From Thermoanaerobaculia bacterium (lineage in GTDB: Bacteria; Acidobacteriota; Thermoanaerobaculia; Multivoradales; Multivoraceae), in NCBI GenBank assembly GCA_963664405.1, contig OY761158.1, positions 768,001 through 832,000 on the forward strand: 64,000 bases of DNA, written 5' to 3'. The translations under genes and the position numbers were made by a program. The notes under the pieces are model-generated. The model was not told the origin of the DNA. It made no database searches and worked only from the letters and a program-made list of their open reading frames with translations. Positions within the stretch are counted from its first letter, which is position 1; every line of letters starts with the position of its first letter. Of the stretch, positions 1-11,205 are shown piece after piece.

Positions 1-159
1 CACGGCCGCGCCGATCACCGAGGTGAGCGTGTAGTACGTGATCTCGGCATCCCAGGGCTCTGCACGACCGGTGATCAACGGTGAAGCGGCCCAAATACCA
101 AAGCCCAACGCGGAACTGAAGGACATCGGTGCCAACCCTCGAGGAAGGGATCCCTTCAC
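1..159 (-). CDS. Small membrane protein, partial (runs off the left edge)
   Basis: GTG at 159 overlaps the TGA of the upstream ORF. Reads MKGSLPRGLAPMSFSSALGFGIWAASPLITGRAEPWDAEITYYTLTSVIGAAV with no stop before base 1. Confidence 0.55.
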   Translation of the reverse strand, partial: MKGSLPRGLAPMSFSSALGFGIWAASPLITGRAEPWDAEITYYTLTSVIGAAV

Positions 160-455
160 GACTCCCGAGCCTCCTTGATTCTCACGAGGAGAACCGCCAC
201 GACCCAGGCGACAAAGCACCAGACTGCGACCACGAGCCCAACGGCAAACGGGGTCTCTGGTTCCGGCCCGAAGTCAGTGATGCCGAAGTGGTTCGGAAGA
301 AAGAAGGAAAAGGGCACCGCGGCCAAGCTCCAAACGACGAGAGGCAACAGAGCAAGAATCCCGAGGGGACCAGCGTGAATCAGTACCGGTGGAGAATTGA
401 AGGCGATCGCCAGAAAGAGAGTCAGCCAAAGGGTCCGGTGAACTATACGGGACAT
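156..455 (-). CDS. Hypothetical membrane protein (99 aa)
   Basis: ATG start, about three hydrophobic segments, stop overlapping the next start codon. Confidence 0.55.
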   Translation of the reverse strand: MSRIVHRTLWLTLFLAIAFNSPPVLIHAGPLGILALLPLVVWSLAAVPFSFFLPNHFGITDFGPEPETPFAVGLVVAVWCFVAWVVAVLLVRIKEARES

Positions 456-556
456 GACGAACTGGTTTTCGTGACTCGGGAATGCTCCCGGAGACTCGAG
501 TGTACTCCTGAGGTATCCATACGGAGCCGACTCAGGAGGTACTCTGCCTCGTGGGG

Positions 557-583
557 TGTCGTGATTCCTGGCGAATTGCGACA
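557..583 (+). repeat. 27-bp palindromic site, copy 1
   Basis: TGTCGT-gattcctggcgaatt-GCGACA. Confidence 0.85.
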
Positions 584-633
584 GGGTCCCAAGCTCCTTG
601 CACGAAACGATAGAGACACGCAGAGGACCGCGA

Positions 634-1608
634 TCAACCGGCGACAGAATCGTGCAGCGGAGAGGCGAGAGCCAGCCTCTTGAGGTGCACCAGCGGCCCC
701 TCGTCGGTCAGGCTGCGAAAGAGCGGACGGGCCGTGGCCAGAGCCGCCTGTCTCGCCGAGACCGCTTGCTCCACTAGGCGACCCAGCGCGACGAACGTCG
801 TGGAATCCGCACCCTCGAGTCGAGTCGCCAGAGGCCGGAGGAGTCGGATGTGGCATGCGGCATCGTGGTAGTCCCCGAGAGTTTCCTGCAGTCGCTTCAG
901 GTCGCGCATCAGGGGCTCGATCTCCCGCGTGGAGTACAGGGGACCGAAAGACTGAACTAGGTAGCGCCAGCGTTTGCCGGCTATTCGGAAACGGTGGACC
1001 GAGCTCGCCTTCTCGTCCTTCAAGGCTCGCTCGCCGCGTTTTCTGGCCCTCTTCAAAGCCTTCCCCAGGCAGAGTCGCGCCTGGGTCCCGACGTGCCGAG
1101 CCCCCAGGGTGCCCGACGGTGCTCTCTCCGTCCCCTCCGCCAGCGCCTGCCAGCGGTCGAGGAGACATCCCAACCGTTTCGACTCGAACCCTCGACGAAC
1201 TTTCGTGCGCTCGTCCCCCCGCCGCTCTTCAAGAATTGCGAGGACCGGCCCTAGCGCCTTCTGCTCGGGCGCCGAGAACGACCCGGCCGCCTGATGGAGA
1301 GCGCGGATCTGAACATCGAGGTCCCGCGAGGGGCTCGTGAGGCGACCTAGCCAACGCAACTCGCTGGCGAGAATCTCGACGCCCGCATCGGGAAGGGCGT
1401 CCGCGAGGTCTGACAGAAGCGAGCGTGCCCACCGAACCACGACGCGGAATCTGTGCAGCTCCCGAGCCTCTCCTCTGCAGGCCCCCGGCTCGACCTTGAT
1501 CAGAGCCCAGCGAAGGTGATCGAGCTCCCGCCGCATGGCTGCATCCATCCGCATGGACGGATGGAGTCGGTAGCCCGGACGGGAAGCTGAGAGTCGGGTG
1601 TGGGACAT
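634..1608 (-). CDS. CHAD domain protein (polyphosphate/metal binding)
   Basis: Motifs LHRFRVVVR, RDLDV, VHRFRIAGKRWRY and LQETLGDYHDA. ATG at 1608 is preferred over the longer ORF start, which runs through the repeat region. Confidence 0.88.
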   Translation of the reverse strand: MSHTRLSASRPGYRLHPSMRMDAAMRRELDHLRWALIKVEPGACRGEARELHRFRVVVRWARSLLSDLADALPDAGVEILASELRWLGRLTSPSRDLDVQIRALHQAAGSFSAPEQKALGPVLAILEERRGDERTKVRRGFESKRLGCLLDRWQALAEGTERAPSGTLGARHVGTQARLCLGKALKRARKRGERALKDEKASSVHRFRIAGKRWRYLVQSFGPLYSTREIEPLMRDLKRLQETLGDYHDAACHIRLLRPLATRLEGADSTTFVALGRLVEQAVSARQAALATARPLFRSLTDEGPLVHLKRLALASPLHDSVAG

Positions 1609-1750
1609 GGTCGTCACCTCTTCGGAACCCCCGAACAGGCGACTTGCCACCCTAACAGACCCAGAAGATGTGCGCGGGTGGGCGACTTCCTCACGCTCCT
1701 GCCAGGCCTCCGATCTCCCGCTGAGGACTCGCGTAGTACCCGATTGGCGT

Positions 1751-1844
1751 TGTCGCACTTCGTGGCGGTTCGCGACAAGAATAGCCGAACCTCGATAGAA
1801 CGCCGAAGTCGGCGAATTGTCGTAGTTCCTGGTGCTTTGCGACA
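1751..1844 (+). repeat. Paired 27-bp sites (1751-1777 and 1818-1844)
   Basis: TGTCGC-acttcgtggcggttc-GCGACA and TGTCGT-agttcctggtgcttt-GCGACA, starts 67 bp apart. Confidence 0.9.
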
Positions 1845-1902
1845 TCACAATTCGAGCTCTGAGCCGCTGATCCACCGGGCGACTGTAAGATGTTGCCAAC
1901 TC

Positions 1903-2181
1903 ATGGCTCTAGAACCAGGCTCCCGCCTCGGTCCCTACGAGATCGTCGAGCTGCGCGGCAAGGGCGGCATGGGAGAGGTGTACCGGGCCCGAGACACCCG
2001 TTTGGATCGGGACGTGGCGGTCAAGGTCCTTCCCACCGAACTGAGCGAAGACGAGACCTACCGCAAGCGCCTGGAGCGGGAGGCGAAGACGATCTCGCAG
2101 CTCCATAATGGCTTGGCTAAGCCGAAGTGGGTTGCGAGGTACAACAAGAAGCTCGCCAAGCAGGCGACGAAGGGACGGTAG
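1903..2181 (+). pseudogene. Truncated Hanks-type Ser/Thr kinase (N-lobe only)
   Basis: MALEPGSRLGPYEIVELRGKGGMGEVYRARDTRLDRDVAVKVL..AKTISQLH. Similarity is lost at about 2106 and a stop follows at 2181; no HRD or DFG motif. Confidence 0.88.
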
Positions 2182-2192
2182 AGGGTAACACC

Positions 2193-2456
2193 GTGAAACT
2201 AGTTGGGCAGCGTCTGACTGCAGCAGTCCGGCTTCTTTCAGGAATGATCAGTGGTCGTCACCTGAACGTCAAGGTCGACGTATCCCCTGCGGTCGGGGAG
2301 AATCTCTGGGAATTCGAGGACGCAAGGGACGACCTTGGCCGATTTCCGATAAGCCTCGTAATGAAACTCATAGACGGAGGGCTGCTCGAAAAGGATCTCG
2401 AGAGCGGCAACCTGTTTATCACTGACGAAGGGAGGCGCTGGCTAGGGGAGCCGTAG
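2193..2456 (+). CDS. Hypothetical protein, C-terminus resembling a winged helix
   Basis: GTG preceded by GAGGG; C-terminal KLIDGGLLEK..LFITDEGRRWL. Confidence 0.4.
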   Translation: MKLVGQRLTAAVRLLSGMISGRHLNVKVDVSPAVGENLWEFEDARDDLGRFPISLVMKLIDGGLLEKDLESGNLFITDEGRRWLGEP

Positions 2457-2551
2457 GGTGCGGTGCCGATGCGGCACGCGCGCAAGCCCCGAATCAGATC
2501 CACGCTCTGGTCACCAATGGACCCGATGGCCTTCGCAGTCGCGTCAAGGGC

Positions 2552-2821
2552 TTGTCGCTTCTCCGACTCGCAGCACGGGCCCGACGGTGGCGTGCAGGCG
2601 ACATTGAGGATCCCCTGAATGATCCCGAATGGGTTGACGACCGCAGGAGAGTCCTCGCTGAGACTGGGGAGAGACTTCTGGCCATGTGGAAGAACAACCA
2701 CGCCTTCACAGTTAGTATGGGTTCATCCAGCGAAGACGTTTGGCGACTATTCAAGTCGGGCAAGTACTCCGACGGAGAGATCGTCGAGAAGTTGAGAGCT
2801 TGTGTTCTAGAGCCGCCGTAA
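2552..2821 (+). CDS. Hypothetical protein or gene fragment
   Basis: 89-aa ORF with protein-like composition, ending just before a repeat site. Confidence 0.3.
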   Translation: MSLLRLAARARRWRAGDIEDPLNDPEWVDDRRRVLAETGERLLAMWKNNHAFTVSMGSSSEDVWRLFKSGKYSDGEIVEKLRACVLEPP

Positions 2822-2828
2822 ATCCGGT

Positions 2829-2855
2829 TGTCGCAATATCTGGCGAAGCCCGACA
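2829..2855 (+). repeat. 27-bp site (one mismatch), with a degenerate partner at about 2895
   Basis: TGTCGC-aatatctggcgaagc-CCGACA followed by CGAATAC; TGTAGC lies 66 bp downstream. Confidence 0.75.
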
Positions 2856-3142
2856 CGAATACATCGAACCGAAAGGGGCCAACGAGAAGCGGGATGTAGC
2901 AGCTTTCGACGGGAGACAACGCACCGGCGAGCCCCCCGAAAACCAGCAGCTGGGATAGAATGGACGATCCACGGCCCACGATGGGAGCCCCACCTCGGAG
3001 GGGCCTCCTGGAAGCGGGCGACGTGCCCCCACAAAGCCGGTGCTCGAAGGGGGCGTCAATCTTCGAGAGTCTACGCACGGAGCGGGGGCGGGACTGCAGG
3101 CCCGCGAAATGCCCGAGAGCCTACTAGCCCAGGAGTACGAAT

Positions 3143-4837
<1,695 letters not shown>

Positions 4838-4860
4838 GAGAGTCGGCGCCATCGGAAGCC

Positions 4861-4952
4861 TGTCGCAAAATGTGGCGGTCTGCGACACGAATAGCCAGCT
4901 CCACATAGACCTCACAGAGCGGATTTGTCGCCTTTTGTGGTGCCTTGCGACA
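4861..4952 (+). repeat. Paired 27-bp sites (4861-4887 and 4926-4952)
   Basis: TGTCGC-aaaatgtggcggtct-GCGACA and TGTCGC-cttttgtggtgcctt-GCGACA, starts 65 bp apart. Confidence 0.9.
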
Positions 4953-5012
4953 GCACAGATCGAGCTCTGAGCCGCTGATCCACCGGGCGACGGGTATGAT
5001 GTCGCCAAGTCA

Positions 5013-7682
5013 ATGGCTCTAGAAGTTGGCACTCGCCTCGGCCACTACGAAGTGCTCTCCTCCCTCGGTGCAGGAGGCATGGGAGAAGTGTATCGAGCGA
5101 AGGACACGAAGCTCGGTCGCGAGGTAGCAGTCAAGCTCCTGCTCGACGAGGTCTCTTCTGACCCGGAGCGTCTAGCTCGCTTCGAGCGCGAGGCGCGGGT
5201 TCTGGCCTCGCTCAACCACAAGAACATCGCCAGCCTCCACGCCTTCGAGCGTGAGGGTGACACGGGCTTCCTGGTCATGGAACTGGTCGAGGGCGAGACT
5301 CTGGCCGATCGGATCGCTCACGGCCCGATTCCCGTCGAGGAGGCGATCCCTCTGTTTCTCCAAATCGCCGAGGGGCTTGAGGCAGCGCACGAGAAGGGAG
5401 TGATCCACCGGGATCTCAAACCCGCGAACATCAAGGTCACCGACGACGGCAACGTCAAGATTCTTGACTTCGGTCTGGCCAAGGCAATGGCCCCGGCGAC
5501 GGGGCCGGAGAGCGACCCTTCGGAATCGCCCACGCTGACCCAGGCGGCCACGCTCCGAGGCCAGATCCTCGGCACGGCGGCCTACATGTCGCCTGAGCAA
5601 GCCAAGGGGAAAGAGGTCGATAGAAGGGCCGACGTCTGGGCCTTCGGCGTGTGTCTCTACGAGGCGCTGACGGGATCGAGGGCGTTCCGCGGCGACGATG
5701 CCGCCGACACGCTGGCAGCGGTGCTCAGAGCGGAGATCGACTGGGGCAAGCTCCCCCCGGCGACGCCGAGAGCGATCAGGAGACTGCTCCGACGGTGTTT
5801 GACGAAGGACCCGCGGGAGCGCCTTCACGACATCGCCGACGTTCGGATCGAGATCCGAGGAGTGCTCGAGCAGCCGGACATCGACGCGCCAGCCGGTGGC
5901 GAGGCGGCACCAGCCCGGCGTCAGGTATCGGCGGTCCTTGCCGGAGCACTCGCCCTCCTGACTCTGGCGGCCGGTCTCGTCCTCGGCTTCGTCCTGGACC
6001 GGGGTGGGGAGGAGGACGCGGCCAGCGACGCTGCCTCGGCCGACACCTGGACGGTCACGGCTCTCGACCTCGAGGCAGCTCCGGGTCTGCCCTTCGTGCT
6101 CTCTCCGGACGGTCGGATGGTGGTCTTCATCCGTCGCGAGGGAGCCGAGACCAGCCTCTACCGGCGCTCTCTCGACTCCCTGGTCGCCGAGCGCATCTCC
6201 GGCAGCGACGGTGCCGTCTTCCCGATCTTCTCGCCCGACGGCCAGCAGCTTGCCTTCAGGGACGGCGGGGGCAGTTTGAAGACGCTTCCCGTGGAGGGTG
6301 GAGGCGCCAGCGCTCTGGTGGACGGGCTCCCCAATGTCTGGGGGCGCGATGGTTTCCTCTACTACACCCTTGGCCAAGGCTTCACCACGTCTCTTGAGCT
6401 ATGGCGGATTCCGGCGGGTGGGGGTGTCCCCGAGCAGGTGGGGCATGGCACCGGCGGAGCGCTTCTGCCGGGTGAACGGGTCGCCCTGGCCAACTTGAGA
6501 TCCGAGCGTCCGGACGGCTTCTGGAGCGATGTTCGGGCGGTGGACCTCGAGACTGGCGAGGAACGGGTTCTCCTCCCTGGGGCGGAGCCGTTCTATCTCG
6601 ACCCGGGGTTTTTGGTCTTCTATCGCGAGAGTGGACTGTGGGCGGCGCCGATCGATCCCGAGACCGCCGCCCTCCTCGGCCCAGCGCGTCAGGTCGAGAA
6701 CGGGGTGGCTCCGGTCCTCGTCGCTGGCGTCGATATCGGCAGCTTCTCGCTCGCAGACTCGGGCGACCTGCTCTACGTTCTCGGGAGTCACAGTTTGCCC
6801 CGCCTGGTCTGGGTGAGTCGGAACGGCCTGGATATCGAGGAGCTGGCGCCGGATCGCAAGTCTTTCGGGTTCCTGAATCCCTCCCTGGACTGGCGCCGGA
6901 TCGCGGTCAGCGCCCGCAACGACAGGGGGAACTACGAGCAGTGGATGCTCGACCTCGAGACCGGCTCCTGGACCCGCCCGACCCAGGAGGGGAATCGCAA
7001 CACTGGCGCGATGTGGGTGCCGCCCGACGGCCAGGAGATCGTCTTCATGTCGGATCGCTTCGAGGGGCGCTTTCAGATCTACATCCAGCCCGCCGATCGC
7101 GGGGCCCCGGCGGAGCGTCTCGTACCGTCGGAGCACGAACAGGCACCGCTGGATTTCTCCCCGGACGGGCGCTACCTGCTCTACACGAACCTCGATGTCC
7201 CCGGACTCTGGGTCTTCGACCGGGAGAGCGGGGAGTCCGAGACCCTCCTCGAAGGGAACTTGGTCCACGCCGCCCGCTTCCACCCCACCGGACGTTGGAT
7301 CACCTACTCGATGGTCGTTCAGGGCGAGGAGAACGTCTGGATCCGGCCCTTCCCCGGTGCCGGCGAGCCGCGCCAGCTCACCTCCGACGGCGGCCAGGAG
7401 CCCGATTTCTCCCCCGAAGGCAGCGAGATCCTCTACCGCAGCCCGACCCACATGATGACGCTCCCGATCGAGATCTCCGGCGAGGATCTCGTCACCCGGC
7501 GTCCCGAGCCACTCTTCGAGGATGATTACCTGCGCTTGGGAGGGCGCTTCCAGAACTACGCCGTCCACCCCGACGGTCGCTTCCTCATGATCCAGGCGGC
7601 AGAGGCCGAGGAGGAGCGTCTAGTCTTGGTCCAGAACTGGCGGGCCAAGGTGCTCGAGATGTTCTCCGAGGGGGGCTCGTGA
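5013..7682 (+). CDS. Ser/Thr protein kinase with a transmembrane helix and a TolB/PD40-like beta-propeller
   Basis: GAGGMGEV, VAVK, HRDLKPAN, DFGLAK, GTAAYMSPE; hydrophobic segment; repeated FSPDG motifs. Confidence 0.95.
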   Translation: MALEVGTRLGHYEVLSSLGAGGMGEVYRAKDTKLGREVAVKLLLDEVSSDPERLARFEREARVLASLNHKNIASLHAFEREGDTGFLVMELVEGETLADRIAHGPIPVEEAIPLFLQIAEGLEAAHEKGVIHRDLKPANIKVTDDGNVKILDFGLAKAMAPATGPESDPSESPTLTQAATLRGQILGTAAYMSPEQAKGKEVDRRADVWAFGVCLYEALTGSRAFRGDDAADTLAAVLRAEIDWGKLPPATPRAIRRLLRRCLTKDPRERLHDIADVRIEIRGVLEQPDIDAPAGGEAAPARRQVSAVLAGALALLTLAAGLVLGFVLDRGGEEDAASDAASADTWTVTALDLEAAPGLPFVLSPDGRMVVFIRREGAETSLYRRSLDSLVAERISGSDGAVFPIFSPDGQQLAFRDGGGSLKTLPVEGGGASALVDGLPNVWGRDGFLYYTLGQGFTTSLELWRIPAGGGVPEQVGHGTGGALLPGERVALANLRSERPDGFWSDVRAVDLETGEERVLLPGAEPFYLDPGFLVFYRESGLWAAPIDPETAALLGPARQVENGVAPVLVAGVDIGSFSLADSGDLLYVLGSHSLPRLVWVSRNGLDIEELAPDRKSFGFLNPSLDWRRIAVSARNDRGNYEQWMLDLETGSWTRPTQEGNRNTGAMWVPPDGQEIVFMSDRFEGRFQIYIQPADRGAPAERLVPSEHEQAPLDFSPDGRYLLYTNLDVPGLWVFDRESGESETLLEGNLVHAARFHPTGRWITYSMVVQGEENVWIRPFPGAGEPRQLTSDGGQEPDFSPEGSEILYRSPTHMMTLPIEISGEDLVTRRPEPLFEDDYLRLGGRFQNYAVHPDGRFLMIQAAEAEEERLVLVQNWRAKVLEMFSEGGS

Positions 7683-7694
7683 GACGGTTGGTCG

Positions 7695-7787
7695 TGTCGC
7701 CCTTGGTGGCGCACTGCGACACAGATAGCCGGAAGCAGATAAGCCGCCGCGCAGAGGGGCTGTCGTGAAATTCGGTGGAAGGTGACA
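7695..7787 (+). repeat. Paired 27-bp sites (7695-7721 and 7761-7787)
   Basis: TGTCGC-ccttggtggcgcact-GCGACA and TGTCGT-gaaattcggtggaag-GTGACA, starts 66 bp apart. Confidence 0.85.
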
Positions 7788-7826
7788 ACAGCCACAGAGG
7801 TTCTCGGCGCCAACTAGAATGCTTGC

Positions 7827-9827
7827 ATGAGCCTCGACATCTTTCTAAGCGAGGTGGTGGTGCTTCTGGCGTCGGCCGTCGTCGTGATGCTGGTCAGCGT
7901 GCGGCTCCACGTGCCGCCCATCGTGGCGCTGCTCGCTACGGGCGTCCTCATCGGCCCACACGGGCTCGGCTGGATCTCAAGTGTGCGCGAGGTCGAGCTC
8001 TTCGCGGAGGTGGGCGTCGCCCTACTACTCTTCACCATCGGTCTGGAGGTGTCGATCGATCGCCTGCGCAAGCTGCGCCGGGCACTCCTGCTCGGCGGCT
8101 CGGTGCAGGTTTCGCTGACGACCGTCGTCGTGACCGGCGTCGCTGCTGTCGGGCTGGGTCTGCCCTGGCTCCACGCTCTGTTCATAGGGTGGGTGGTCTC
8201 GCTTTCGAGCACCGCTCTTGTGCTCAAGCTGCTCAGCGATCGGCGCGAGACCGAGACGCCGCACGGTCAGCTCGCTCTTGCCATCCTGCTCTTCCAGGAC
8301 TTTCTGATCGTGCCGATGATCGTCTTGACTCCTTTCCTGGCAGGCACCCTCGGATTCTCGATTGGCGCGTTCCTGGGCCGTCTCGCGGGGGCGGTGGCCG
8401 CCCTCGCTGTCGTCTTTCTTATCGGGCGCCGGCTCTTGCCGCGGCTCCTCGAGGTCGTCGTGCGCTCTGGCGCGCGCGAGGTCTTGCCGCTAGGGGCCCT
8501 GGCGCTCTGCCTCGGCATAGGCTGGCTCACCCATTCGTTTGGGTTCTCGCTCGCCATCGGCTCCTTCCTGGCGGGCGTTCTGCTCGCGGGCAGCCTCTAC
8601 TCTCACCAGGTAATCGCTGACATCGCACCGTTCCGGGATCTGTTCTCGAGTATCTTCTTCATCTCGATCGGGATGCTCCTAGACGTGGGGTGGGTCGCGG
8701 CGCGTCCGGGCACGGTGATCGCGGTAGCGGCAGGCATGATCGCACTGAAGATCGTTACGGCGGGCGCCGCCGTGGCAGTTCTAGGGTATCCCGTACGGAC
8801 CGTGGTGCTCTCCGCACTCGCACTCGCCCAAGTCGGCGAGTTCTCGTTCGTTCTGATGGAAGTGGGCCTGGAGAACGGCCTGCTGATCGGTGGACGCTTT
8901 CAGCTGCTCCTGGCGGCGGCGGTCGTGACGCTGCTGGCGACGCCGGTAGTTGTGACAGTCTCGCACCGGCTTTCGGCCTGGCTGGGCGGTCTAGTTCCGT
9001 CACGTCGCGCAACGGCGACCCAGCAGCCCACTGAGGGCGAGGAATCGGATCACGTAATCATCGTGGGCTTCGGCGTCGGAGGGCGGCTGCTGGCCCGCGT
9101 TCTGCGGGAGGGAGGCATTCCCTACATCGTGGTCGAACTCAGCGGCGAGCTCGTACGCTCCGGGCGACGCGAGGATGAGCCCATGCTGTACGGCGACACG
9201 ACGCGCGAGGAGATTCTTCGGCGCGCCGGAATCGAGCGAGCGAACGTAGTGGCTTTCGCCATCTCCGACATAGCCGCTGTGCTCCTAGGGGTGAGGCTCG
9301 CGCGGCGGCTGGCCCCTGGCGCGCAGATCATCGTGCGAACCCGCCTGGTGAGCGAAATCGAAGGGCTGCGGGCGGCAGGTGCCGATCAGGTCGTGGCGGA
9401 GGAGTTCGAGACCGCGATCGAGGTCTTCACGCGCGTGCTGGAGCGCTACCATGTGCCACGCAATATCGTCCGAGCGCAGACTCGCGTGCTGCGGGGCGAG
9501 GGCTATCGCATGCTGCGCTCTTCGTCGCTCGATCGCACGGTCTCGCAAGCCGTACTCGACGCCCTCGCCGCGGGCACTACCGACGTCTACCTGCTCAACT
9601 CCGACACTGTCGTGCGGGGCCGGAGCCTGCGCGAGCTCGATTTGCGCCAGCGCACCGGGGCCACTGTCATAGCGGTCGTGCGCGACGGCTTGTCGCAACT
9701 CAACCCCGAGCCAGACCTCTCCCTCGAGCCGGGCGACAGCCTGGTGCTGGTGGGCAGCCACCAGGAGATCGACGGCGCGTTCGACCTCCTGGCGAGCTTC
9801 GAGGAAGACCTCGAACGTCCTGAGTGA
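7827..9827 (+). CDS. Monovalent cation:proton antiporter-2 (Kef-type) with TrkA-N and TrkA-C domains
   Basis: AEVGVALLLFTIGLE, LSSTA, LLFQD, LAQVGEFSF; IIVGFGVGG Rossmann motif; C-terminal ELDLRQRTGATVIAVVR. Confidence 0.93.
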   Translation: MSLDIFLSEVVVLLASAVVVMLVSVRLHVPPIVALLATGVLIGPHGLGWISSVREVELFAEVGVALLLFTIGLEVSIDRLRKLRRALLLGGSVQVSLTTVVVTGVAAVGLGLPWLHALFIGWVVSLSSTALVLKLLSDRRETETPHGQLALAILLFQDFLIVPMIVLTPFLAGTLGFSIGAFLGRLAGAVAALAVVFLIGRRLLPRLLEVVVRSGAREVLPLGALALCLGIGWLTHSFGFSLAIGSFLAGVLLAGSLYSHQVIADIAPFRDLFSSIFFISIGMLLDVGWVAARPGTVIAVAAGMIALKIVTAGAAVAVLGYPVRTVVLSALALAQVGEFSFVLMEVGLENGLLIGGRFQLLLAAAVVTLLATPVVVTVSHRLSAWLGGLVPSRRATATQQPTEGEESDHVIIVGFGVGGRLLARVLREGGIPYIVVELSGELVRSGRREDEPMLYGDTTREEILRRAGIERANVVAFAISDIAAVLLGVRLARRLAPGAQIIVRTRLVSEIEGLRAAGADQVVAEEFETAIEVFTRVLERYHVPRNIVRAQTRVLRGEGYRMLRSSSLDRTVSQAVLDALAAGTTDVYLLNSDTVVRGRSLRELDLRQRTGATVIAVVRDGLSQLNPEPDLSLEPGDSLVLVGSHQEIDGAFDLLASFEEDLERPE

Positions 9828-9866
9828 ATGGGGTTCTGTCGACCGACTACCGGCCGAAAGTGCTGA

Positions 9867-9893
9867 TGTCGCACTCTTCGGCGGCAAGCGACA
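9867..9893 (+). repeat. 27-bp site, with a half-site partner at 9933
   Basis: TGTCGC-actcttcggcggcaa-GCGACA-CGAATAG; TGTCGT lies 66 bp downstream. Confidence 0.85.
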
Positions 9894-10095
9894 CGAATAG
9901 ATCGAACTGAATGGGCTTCCAGAACGCCGTGTTGTCGTCTCTCTTGGTAGGTGATCCTGCTCGGCTGTCATCGAGTGACCTACGGTCCTTCTACACTTCT
10001 GCGATCTTCACCATGATGTGCGGGCGTAAACGGGCGTCACTATAGACTCGACCGCCCAGAGGTAGGCCGCTCGGGACAGGAGAAGCGCATCTGCC

Positions 10096-10461
10096 ATGCT
10101 GCGAATGAGCGTCGAGCAGTTCGAAGAGGTCGTGGCGGAGGCGCTCGGGGAGATTCCCGCGGACCTGGCCGAACGCATCGAGAACGTCACCGTGATGGTC
10201 GAGGGCGAGCCCCAGCGCGAGCTGCTCGTAGATCTCGGCATGGACCCGGACGAGGACCTCCTCTTTGGCCTCTACGAAGGCGTTGCTCTACCAGAGCGCG
10301 ACACGAACTACGCGGGCACCCTGCCCGACCGCATCCTCATCTATCGACTGCCGTTGCTCAAGGCCTGTGAGACCCGCGGTGAGCTGCGGCGCGAGATCCG
10401 GCTGACAGTGATCCACGAGCTCGGGCACTACTTCGGCCTCGAGGAGGAAGAGCTCCCCTGA
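10096..10461 (+). CDS. Zincin-like metallopeptidase (Zincin_1/DUF1025 family)
   Basis: LFGLYEG..LPDRILIYR..IRLTVIHELGHYFG. Confidence 0.9.
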   Translation: MLRMSVEQFEEVVAEALGEIPADLAERIENVTVMVEGEPQRELLVDLGMDPDEDLLFGLYEGVALPERDTNYAGTLPDRILIYRLPLLKACETRGELRREIRLTVIHELGHYFGLEEEELP

Positions 10462-10525
10462 GGGTTGAGGGACAGGTGCGCGGAGCTTGGCAGCTCAGGC
10501 TTCAGCCGAAAAACGTCAGGCAGCG

Positions 10526-10552
10526 TGTCGCACTTGGTGGCGAAGGGCGACA
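10526..10552 (+). repeat. 27-bp site
   Basis: TGTCGC-acttggtggcgaagg-GCGACA. Confidence 0.88.
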
Positions 10553-10681
10553 GCACGAAAGCGGGCTTCTGCGCGTTGCCGGTAGAATGTCGCTCACTGG
10601 TGCCCACAGACTGAGAGATGTCTTCTGCTGAGATTCAGGATTTCCTCTACCCTCATCCTGGCGGTCCACGCGGTCGTCGCC

Positions 10682-11062
10682 GTGGTACACGACTTGGCAC
10701 ACCGCGACCTAGGCATCGAGCTGACCGAGGCCCAAACCACCTACATCAACCTGATCATCGTCGCGGCACCCGTCGTCGCTGTCATTCTCGTGTGGACAAG
10801 GTTCAAGACGGCTGGGGCCATACTCTTCGCTTTCGCCATGGCCGGCTCCCTTCTCTTTGGCCTCTACAATCACTACCTTCTCGTATCGCCCGACCACGTG
10901 TCCTACCTACCCGACGGCGATCTCCAGTCTGCCTTCCGGATCACCGCTTCGCTCCTGGCGCTCCTCGAGGCTCTGGGAGTGGCAGTTGGAATCTGGGGGG
11001 TCATTCTCGGCCGGGGCTCCGAAGGCAAAGGACCTGGAGTGCCGAGCGCGAGCGTGTCGTGA
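10682..11062 (+). CDS. Hypothetical membrane protein (true start probably further upstream)
   Basis: Several TM segments with His residues (YNHYLLVSPDHV). The frame is open upstream (ISSTLILAVHAVVAV) but has no ATG, GTG or TTG there. Confidence 0.7.
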   Translation: MVHDLAHRDLGIELTEAQTTYINLIIVAAPVVAVILVWTRFKTAGAILFAFAMAGSLLFGLYNHYLLVSPDHVSYLPDGDLQSAFRITASLLALLEALGVAVGIWGVILGRGSEGKGPGVPSASVS

Positions 11063-11205
11063 TTTGTGGCGCAAACATCATGGGATGGCGCGCGGGTGGC
11101 GCCCCCGGACGATGTCGATGAATATTCTTGAGTGGTCCTCCCCCGAAGGCGTCAAGCTTAGGGAAACACAAACACCTGGGCTTGGACCCAGGAAGGAGGA
11201 CCAAG

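Noticed and set aside
1609-1899. N-terminal extension of the CHAD ORF
   Set aside because: Runs through the paired repeat and the kinase leader; CHAD similarity begins after the ATG at 1608.
10588-10614. Possible second site TGTCGC-tcactggtgcccaca
   Set aside because: The right half-site is missing and the spacing is 62 bp, so it was not counted.
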